Source: Fonticula alba ATCC 38817 (Eukaryota; Protista; Nucleariida). Taken from it: a stretch of 7,942 nt of DNA. Shown one piece after another: positions 1 through 6,182 of this stretch. The translations under genes were made by a program, and so were the position numbers. Location: NCBI GenBank assembly GCA_000388065.2, contig KB932202.1, one strand, 5' to 3'. Numbering within the stretch: the first letter of the stretch is position 1; every line of letters begins with the position of its first letter. Under the pieces are notes generated by a model. The model searched no databases and was not told the DNA's origin. It saw only the letters and a program-made list of their open reading frames with translations.

Positions 1-22
1 CCCCCCCCCCCCCTCCCCCCCC
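1..22. repeat. Poly-C tract (C13-T-C8) at window start
   Basis: Read directly from the sequence. Confidence 0.95.
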
Positions 23-60
23 TTGGCAAGGTATGCCCCCCTTCATGCCTCGAGTGGTCC

Positions 61-217
61 CCAAGCAGCAGTAAGATTTCCGGTTTGGCTTCCGTCCAAA
101 GCCTCACTCCTTTGACGTGAGGCTGGATCCGTGAGAACCCTGCTTATCGCTGCTTGGCTTTTGCCTTGCTCTCCGGAGGCAATCTCACCGCCATGGTGGT
201 GAGGTTTGGATCCCGAG
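61..217 (+). other. Densely base-paired region (candidate structured 5' leader or LTR R-U5 RNA)
   Basis: 61-75 pairs with 143-157 (13 Watson-Crick, 1 G.U, 1 mismatch). Hairpins at 84-88/96-100, 100-107/117-124 and 161-166/177-182. Near-palindrome at 181-206. Function not established. Confidence 0.4.
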
Positions 218-420
218 TCGCCCTTCGAGCGGCGCCTCAGGAGACCGGTAGGACGTCAAACCCACTCACGCACCACCGAGCCACGGCTTCACCGCCGGCG
301 AGCGGATCGACGCTCGGGCCCAGACCAGGACTCATCGCTATTTACGGCCATTGGACGTGTGTAGGCCAGAGCGAGGGCGGTGCCTCCCCGCCGAGAGACC
401 TGCGTCGTACCGCCGGCCTC

Positions 421-436
421 TGGTAGCGCTTCTCGC
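421..436 (+). other. Candidate primer-binding site complementary to the 3' end of initiator tRNA-Met
   Basis: TGGTAGCGCTTCTCGC matches 13/16 with TGGTAGCGCCGCTCGG, the complement of the S. cerevisiae tRNA-iMet 3' end as recalled (Ty1/Ty3 PBS core TGGTAGCGCC). It lies ~130 nt upstream of the first gag-region ATG (552). No CA LTR terminus immediately precedes it. Confidence 0.6.
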
Positions 437-551
437 GATGGAATCCCCCATCAGGCACCCGAGCACCAAGTGATGTGGCAGGCCCCCAGTCACCCACTGT
501 CGGACTCCTGCCACCTTTATCCTTGCGTATCCTGTATCCATCCCCTTCCGC

Positions 552-1305
552 ATGCTGACTGAAGCGACGTTCGACATTCACAAGTCCGACCTATCAAGAA
601 GGAAGGCGAAAACCCACCGCGCCACAACGCTCGAAGACCCGGTGTTCCTGCCTGAGGCCCAGGGAACCAACTATTACGGGGCGTTTGAGAAATGGTTCAG
701 GACCGAGTATGCTTCTGACCCACAGGGACCCCAAAAGGTGACGGTCTTCGTGGAGGGCTTGGCTCAACGTGTGCCCCCGGTGAACAAGACAAGGATTGCC
801 GCCCCGGATTATATTGCCCAGAAGTTCCAATCCCTTGTTGAGGCAGCCGGAGAGCCGGGCTCCTGCCTGTACCTTCTGAACTCCCTGTGGTGGGAGCAAT
901 ACTCCGCCCTTCAAAAGCAGAGAGACTACCCGCAAGGAGATGGGAGTGACATTGCCGGTTGCCATGGTCGACATGGGCGGAGAGGACTACACGTCCTTCA
1001 CACCTATTGACGAGGACACCGCCGTCTCCTGCCTGAAGGAGTACCATGGTTCCCGGGAGGGACGTTCCCCTCCCCCGCCGGAGGAGTTGGGAGACCGTGG
1101 GGAACGGTCGAGCAAGGACCGCCCGCCGGCTACCTTCTCCACTGCGCCGCCGTGGACAGTGCGTCAGATGATGGCCAAGGTGGAGGTGCGACGCAAGGAC
1201 CAAACCAAACTTTTCGGCCGAGGGCTGGTCTCTCTGGTCCAAGGGTGGAGGACCGTTCCGCATGGCTCTACAGACCCGGGAGGCAGTTCTATATTGCCTG
1301 GATAA
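552..1305 (+). pseudogene. 5' part of gag-region ORF (frameshifted near 930); no recognised domain
   Basis: ORFs 552-1010 and 940-1305 have protein-like composition and join with one frame change (...QKQRDY / RKEMGVTLPVAMVD...). They sit between the PBS and the capsid-like segment. Assignment to gag is positional only. Confidence 0.45.
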
Positions 1306-1403
1306 TTCTCCGCCGGCACGGCCGACGAAAGCGCTCTTCGAGCACATTCAACCGGCCTGCCCTTGGGATTTGGACTGCCAACGGAGCGACCTTGAGCCCC
1401 AGT

Positions 1404-1973
1404 CTGGCAGAGAAGCTCGGCTACATCCCCGATGATTATCGGGTGACCCTCCTCTCATGGCTTGTGTGCTCTACAGCTGCAAGGATTGTGCTTCTTTGGG
1501 CCAACAGATCGTCCTGATCTATCGTTGCTTCAAGGAGCCAGGGCTCGGGTTTGATTGGCCTGATGTTGGTCGCCTCGCTTTTCAATGCTCTCGAGGTATG
1601 GCTTCCGAGCGTCCCCGAGCCACAAATCAAACCCCGAAGATCATCAACTAGGCTCATCCACGCAAGGTCGTGTACCCGCCGGTCGTACCGCTCGACCTCG
1701 GCAAGCGCCCGCCCCGGGGACATTGGGCTTGGCCGCACGAGTGGCCCCTGCGAGCGGATGAGTATCGCGACCATTTCCTGCCCCACAAGCGTACCAGGGA
1801 GACGACCACGATCGTCCCTGTCCCATCCAAGCGTCAGAAAGTACGCCCTCACTGCTCTTCCAACTTGCCCGACTCGAAGTCGGACACCCTCGGTCAAAGG
1901 GCTCCGGGTGAGGTCCGCAATGGCTCTAGCTATCGTGGAGGCCACGGTCGACTTGGCCAAGCGACCAAGGGAA
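1404..1973 (+). pseudogene. gag: Gag capsid-like domain (retrotransposon gag), frameshifted
   Basis: Stitched peptide: LAEKLGYIPDDYRVTLLSWLVCSTAARIV (frame 3), FDWPDVGRLAF and RADEYRDHFLPHKR...SKRQKVRPHCSSNLPDSKSDTLGQRAPGE (frame 2), AMALAIVEATVDLAKR (frame 3). This follows the Ty3/Gypsy gag pattern PDxxKVxL...W.....F...EYxxRF...KVxxF..GL...EAxxLA. One in-frame TAG at 1649-1651. Confidence 0.6.
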
Positions 1974-2279
1974 AGTTCAGCTGGGGTTCCAAGAGGCCCC
2001 CTGCTGGTGGATCTCCCACCGACTCACGCAGGGCCTCGTCTAGGGGTATAGCCCCCAGGTGGCTCTTGCAATATGCCCACCCCTCTCCGTCTCTTTGACT
2101 CTACGCCGTTGGTGTAGATGAGTCAAGAGGCGTCGGAAGACCGTCCGGTCGGCCGGCGCGCTCCGGAGAAGCAGTCCGAGGGAACCATCATTCGGGAACG
2201 GGAGGTGCATGGGAAACTGTGCGCCATGAGCGTTCCGGTCCAGGGCGAAGGGTATGACCTTTGTTTCGAGGAATGTGGA

Positions 2280-2540
2280 GATACCATCTTCCGTCCGAGA
2301 TACGATTCCGGGGCCCTGGGACTGAATGCCGTCCCGAACAGTTTGGTGCGCGAGTTCGAGTTGGTCTACGAGAAGGAGCCGGTTATGGTCAAACTGGCAG
2401 ACAGTGCGCAGATCACTGCGTTGGGTGAGGTGCTGCTGACCGTCCATCGCGGAGGGAAGACTTCTCGCGCCGAGGTCGTAGTTTTGGGCAGTTATGGCGA
2501 AGAGCCTTTCCCGGGACTGCATACTATGCGGGAAGTGTGG
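2280..2540 (+). pseudogene. pol: Retropepsin aspartic protease domain
   Basis: YDSGA active-site motif (Asp codon 2304-2306), flap-like VKLADSAQITALGEVLLTV, and C-terminal VVVLGSYGEEPFPGLHTMREV (ILGxDxL equivalent), all in ORF 2118-2936. Confidence 0.85.
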
Positions 2541-2688
2541 CCCGAACGTTGGTCGTGGTGGACCGGCGAGGTTTCTTCGAAGCCTACCACCTTCTGGCGC
2601 CCGACGCATGGTCGGGGCCCCCGGAGGCTTCGTACGCCGTCCTACTGCGGACGGCCGAGGAAGTCGACGAGATGCGAGCTCGTAAGCA

Positions 2689-2710
2689 AGAGAGAGAGAG
2701 AGAGAGAGAG
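2689..2710. repeat. (AG)11 microsatellite inside pol, between protease and RT
   Basis: Read directly; coincides with a frame 2 to frame 1 switch of the coding path. Confidence 0.95.
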
Positions 2711-2724
2711 GGGGCTTCACTCAC

Positions 2725-3600
2725 CCATCCTGGGAGAAGTCTCTGGAGAAGTTTCGGGCGGCGCCGGGTCGGCTACCCAAGTTCCAGGGTGTCGCTCCAA
2801 TCCGGATCAAGCTGAGACCGGATGTTTCGCTGCCGCCCTTCCACAACCGCCGGTTCACGCCGGTGGAGCAGGCCCCAATCGAAGAGTGGGTGCAGGCCGC
2901 ACTCAGGCCAGGACTCGTCTCGGAGGCCCGCGTTGACAAGTACGCCGCGTGGCTGGTGGGAGTCCGAGTGCTCGGGAAGAAGACACGGTGGTGCGTGGAC
3001 CTCCAGGGGCTCAATGCCCTGGCGGAGGCATCTAGTCTGCCTCTGATGGTGATCGATGAGGCTCTGTCGAAGGCCGGCAAGGGGGAGCTCTTCACCTCGC
3101 TGGACCTGGCCGAGGCTTATCATCATATCGAAGCCCACCCCGGGGATTGGCCCTTGCGGATCTTCCTCACCAACAAGAGGTATGGTCCCTTCAATTGGAT
3201 GCTGCTTGGCCACTGTAATGCGTCGCATCACTTCAACGCGGCGGTGGACAACATCATGGCGCCGGCGCACACGCTTGCGATCTGGCACCTCGACGACAGT
3301 TTGATCTTTTCTGTGAGCCGCAAGAGGAGCACATCCAGCATGTACGTACGGTGCTGGGGCTCTTCGCCGCGGCGGGTGCATGCATCCGCGCTGGGAAGTG
3401 TTTCTTCACGGTCTGGATTGTGAAGTTTTTACCGCCTGGGAGGCGGAGTGGTGGATTTGACTCCAGATCCTGTGGCCACCTTGAGCGAATGTGACAAACC
3501 CGCCACCATCCGTCCACTTTGCTCGCTCTTGGGGGCGTTGAACTGCGTCGCGAGGTGGCCACCGCAGGCAGTCGCCGAGCGGGCTCCTCCCGGAATGACC
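2725..3600 (+). pseudogene. pol: Reverse transcriptase domain (Ty3/Gypsy type), frameshifted near 3311 and 3435
   Basis: APIRIKLRP...RRFTPVEQ, KKTRWCVDLQGLN, FTSLDLAEAYHHI (Asp 3103), WMLLGHCNASHHF and WHLDDSLIFS (HLDD 3286-3297). Then EEHIQHVRTVL...GKCFF..VKFL (frame 3) and the thumb region PDPV...PATIRPLCSLLGALN (frame 1). Confidence 0.96.
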
Positions 3601-3698
3601 TGTTCGTCGGCAAGTCTCCTCGAGCCAGCAACCGGATTGCCTGGGCGGAGGAAGCTCGAAAGGCCTCTCGAGGAAGCCATGAAGCTGGTGGGGCATTC

Positions 3699-4118
3699 GC
3701 ACCGGTCCTCGCTTTGCCCGAGGTGGAGGAGCCCCCTCTCACTGCCACGGGCACCTCGGACGATGGCGCGGGGGCCGTCCTTTTGCCGGAGCCGAAAGGG
3801 CAGCCGGGACTCCCGGGGCCTACACCCTGCTGAAGCCGGTGGCATATTGGCGTCGGAAGGCCATCGCGGCCGGGCGCAACTGCAGCCCCTCGAAAGGGCG
3901 TTTCTCGCCCTTGTCCGCGCCCTGTGCCAATGGCGACACAAGGTGGAGAATGGCAAGCCGCTGACGCGAGCATTGGCCGCTCCTTCGTTGGGCTGTCCAG
4001 CCGGAACTCGAAGCACCGCGTGCGGCCTTGGGGCTGGGGGCTAGTTACATTCCAAAACGTGCATATTGCTCACCAGCCCGGCGTGCCGAACGTGGTGACC
4101 AACGGACTCCCACGACTG
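3699..4118 (+). pseudogene. pol: RNase H domain (Ty3/Gypsy type), frameshifted, several catalytic positions altered
   Basis: APVLALPEVEEPPLTATGTSDDGAGAVLL (frame 3), LKPVAYWRRKAIAAGRNCSP (frame 2), LERAFLALVRALCQWRHKVENGKP (frame 1), RVRPWGWGLVTF...HQPGVPNVVTNGLPRL (frame 3). These match the consensus PVLALPD..PF...TDAS..G.GAVL.Q...PVAY.SRKL...ERNYS.EKELLAIV...G..NVVADALSR. Confidence 0.9.
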
Positions 4119-4343
4119 CGGGAAGCGTCGCTGGCCAATGAAGGGCCTTCCGCCATCCCGCCGCACCTTTTCCACCCCCCGCATCTCCGGTGGACCGCCC
4201 GGCAAGGCAGTCGAGCCGGGTTTGGCCCTATTACGCGCATGGATTCCCCGACCTGGCGGAGGCGCCCGATCGCCGTGCCCAGGGCGTACGTCGCCCACAA
4301 GCCGGATCATCGACTGGAGGATCGAAATGCCATCCGCCATGTG

Positions 4344-5417
4344 AAGGATAGGATCTCCCTTTCGGAGGCCATGGTCCCGGAAGTGTTGGAGCACGTTCGC
4401 CACTCGCCGGTGTACAACCATCCGGGTCGCAAGGCTACAGCCAGGCTGGCATGTGACCGATTCGTTGACAGGAGCCTTCGGCTGCAAGTCTCGGCATGCG
4501 TCCGGACATGCCTCCATTGCCAAGCACTCGAGGCTTCACATCACAAGCCTCGTGCCACTCCCCGGGAGCCCGAGATCATCGCCGACAACCGACCTCTGGA
4601 GGCGGTGTCGCTAGATGTGCCCTCCGCTTTGCCGCAGGGCCTGAAGTGCGAGGCCCTCTCTTGGTGGTCGTGGATCAATTTTCCCGACACACCCGGGTCA
4701 GCCTCTGCCGTCTGTCATGGACTGCCGCCGGCTTCCACCGCCAACGGCGCGTTCTGCTTGCACTCTGGGGACAATTCCCACAGGCAGTGAAGTCCGACGG
4801 CGCCCCTACGTTCCCTACGATGGAATGGGGCCGACCGCTGGCCCCTCAGGGACAACGTCCCCAGAATCTCGATTCCGAGCCATCCCATGTCCAGCGGAGC
4901 CGCCGAACGGGCGATTGGCATCCGACTGCAGCGCATCCGAATAGCCCGGCTGACGATCCGGGGCAGGCGGAAGTATGCGCAGGAGGCTATCGTCCAGGCT
5001 GCGGCTGCGGCTGCGATGAACCGCGTCCCGGCATCCTTTCTGGGCTACAGCCCGGGGTTCAACATTGCCGGATGCATCCCTGATCTATCTGACGTGGGAG
5101 TCCTCCCCACGACTCCGAAGACTTGCGGCGAGATGCTGACGGAGGTGAGGGAACGCAACGACGCGCCGCACAAGCGAGTGGTTGCGACTCCGGCGTCCGG
5201 GACAACACAGCACCGATTCAAGGATCCGGATTGGGTATTGGTCGACGTGGCCAGCCTATGGGGTGACCACAAGAAAAGTCCGTGAAGTGCTTTAGGCCGG
5301 TGCCACTTCGGCGGGCCAGCCGTAACACGCTGGGACTGTTCGGAAAGCCAGCCGGAGGAAAGCCCCCCCCCCCCTGCTCCCTTAATCAGCCCCCACCATG
5401 CGAAGCCATACCATGGC
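4344..5417 (+). pseudogene. pol: Integrase: HHCC zinc-binding region, D-D35-E core, GPY/F-like C-terminus; frameshifted
   Basis: HSPVYNHPG...VRTCLHCQ (4401-4523); PLEAVSLDV (Asp 4614); LLVVVDQFSR; QAVKSDGAPTF (Asp 4796); SHPMSSGAAER (Glu 4905, 109 nt after the second Asp, i.e. D35E plus one extra base); WVLVD...HKKSP/VKCFRPV...PLISPHHAKPY. Confidence 0.93.
5363..5374. repeat. C12 homopolymer in the integrase C-terminal region
   Basis: Read directly; coincides with a frame 2 to frame 3 switch (GGKPPPP / APLISPHHAKPY). Confidence 0.95.
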
Positions 5418-6164
5418 CGAAAGAGGTCGATCATCGCAAAGCTACCTGGCCTCAAACCCGGCGCAACTCACGAAGACCGCGAGGGAGCCGCCGCATCCCC
5501 AGGGGCAAGCCCGTAGTACACGGGCAACGTCACATTCATCGAATCTCTGCTTATGCAAGGACAATCCGGCAGACCTCGGCCACACCAGCGAGGCGAACGA
5601 GCCTCCTTGCCAGGTTACCTGCGTCTAGAAACATCAACACTCGAGAGAGCATCGAACAGACGAGTATTGAGACCGGCTCACATAGATCGAAGCCAGCCTG
5701 CTTGCCGAAGGCATAGACATGGGGCGAGAGAACCCGCAGCCCCAATGGCCAATTAGAAGAGCATGAGGAGATATTCACCAGGAGCTCAAGAGCAACGCTT
5801 TTGAGGCAAACAACCATCGCCCCCAACAATGTTGCTTTTGCCCCTGGTGGCTGTATCGTCGTGCCCCCCCATCTCTTTTGTGACGAGCTCCGCCCGGAAC
5901 CCCCCCGCATCCGCGTGAGTGCCCCATCTGAGGGCCGCACTTGGCGCATGCAGACTCCGGGGTATTAATTTGATATAAATGGCTTGATTTTGTAAGCATG
6001 ATGTAAAGGGTGAAGCACTTTCGGAGGAACCACGACTTAATGCAGCTCTTTGTCCTCTGCAATCGCGGTTTCCGCCGGTACCTTTCAATCCGGCGGAAGA
6101 AAAAGCCTCTGCAGTGCCGCGGCCGCGGTGTGGCTGCCCTTGCGAAATGCGCCCTCGTACATTG

Positions 6165-6182
6165 CCCCCCCCCCCCCCCCCC
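6165..6182. repeat. C18 homopolymer
   Basis: Read directly; flanked by further short C runs up to 6200. Confidence 0.95.

Larger units (their letters stand above)
421..5516 (+). mobile_element. Degenerate Ty3/Gypsy (Metaviridae) LTR retrotransposon, internal region PBS-gag-PR-RT-RH-IN
   Basis: Protease, RT, RNase H and integrase motifs occur on the + strand in the Ty3/Gypsy order (IN after RH; Ty1/copia has IN before RT). They are preceded by a gag-like region and a tRNA-iMet-like PBS. Many frameshifts; no LTR pair found in the window. Confidence 0.93.

Noticed and set aside
28-75. Splice-donor-like AG|GTATGC (29-36) and A|GTAAGA (70-76)
   Set aside because: No supportable upstream exon, and similar 6-mers occur throughout the window at chance frequency.
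299-317. Hairpin containing GGATCGA, resembling the tRNA-iMet T-loop
   Set aside because: Loop length is wrong, there is no remaining tRNA body, and GGATCGA recurs at ~7498.
23-420. Hammerhead ribozyme or retrozyme in the leader
   Set aside because: No CTGANGA...GAAA core found in this region.
1368-1580. Second retropepsin-like stretch (NGATLSPSLAEKLG...GLIGL)
   Set aside because: No D-[ST]-G motif. The same residues fit the gag capsid pattern, and a proper DSG protease exists at 2304.
1975-2280. Gag zinc knuckle (C-x2-C-x4-H-x4-C)
   Set aside because: Not found in any + frame; it may be absent or decayed beyond recognition.
594-5455. Numerous minus-strand ORFs overlapping gag-pol (e.g. 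697-1347, 2040-2720, 3254-3973)
   Set aside because: Shadow ORFs of the GC-rich + strand coding region, with no independent motifs.
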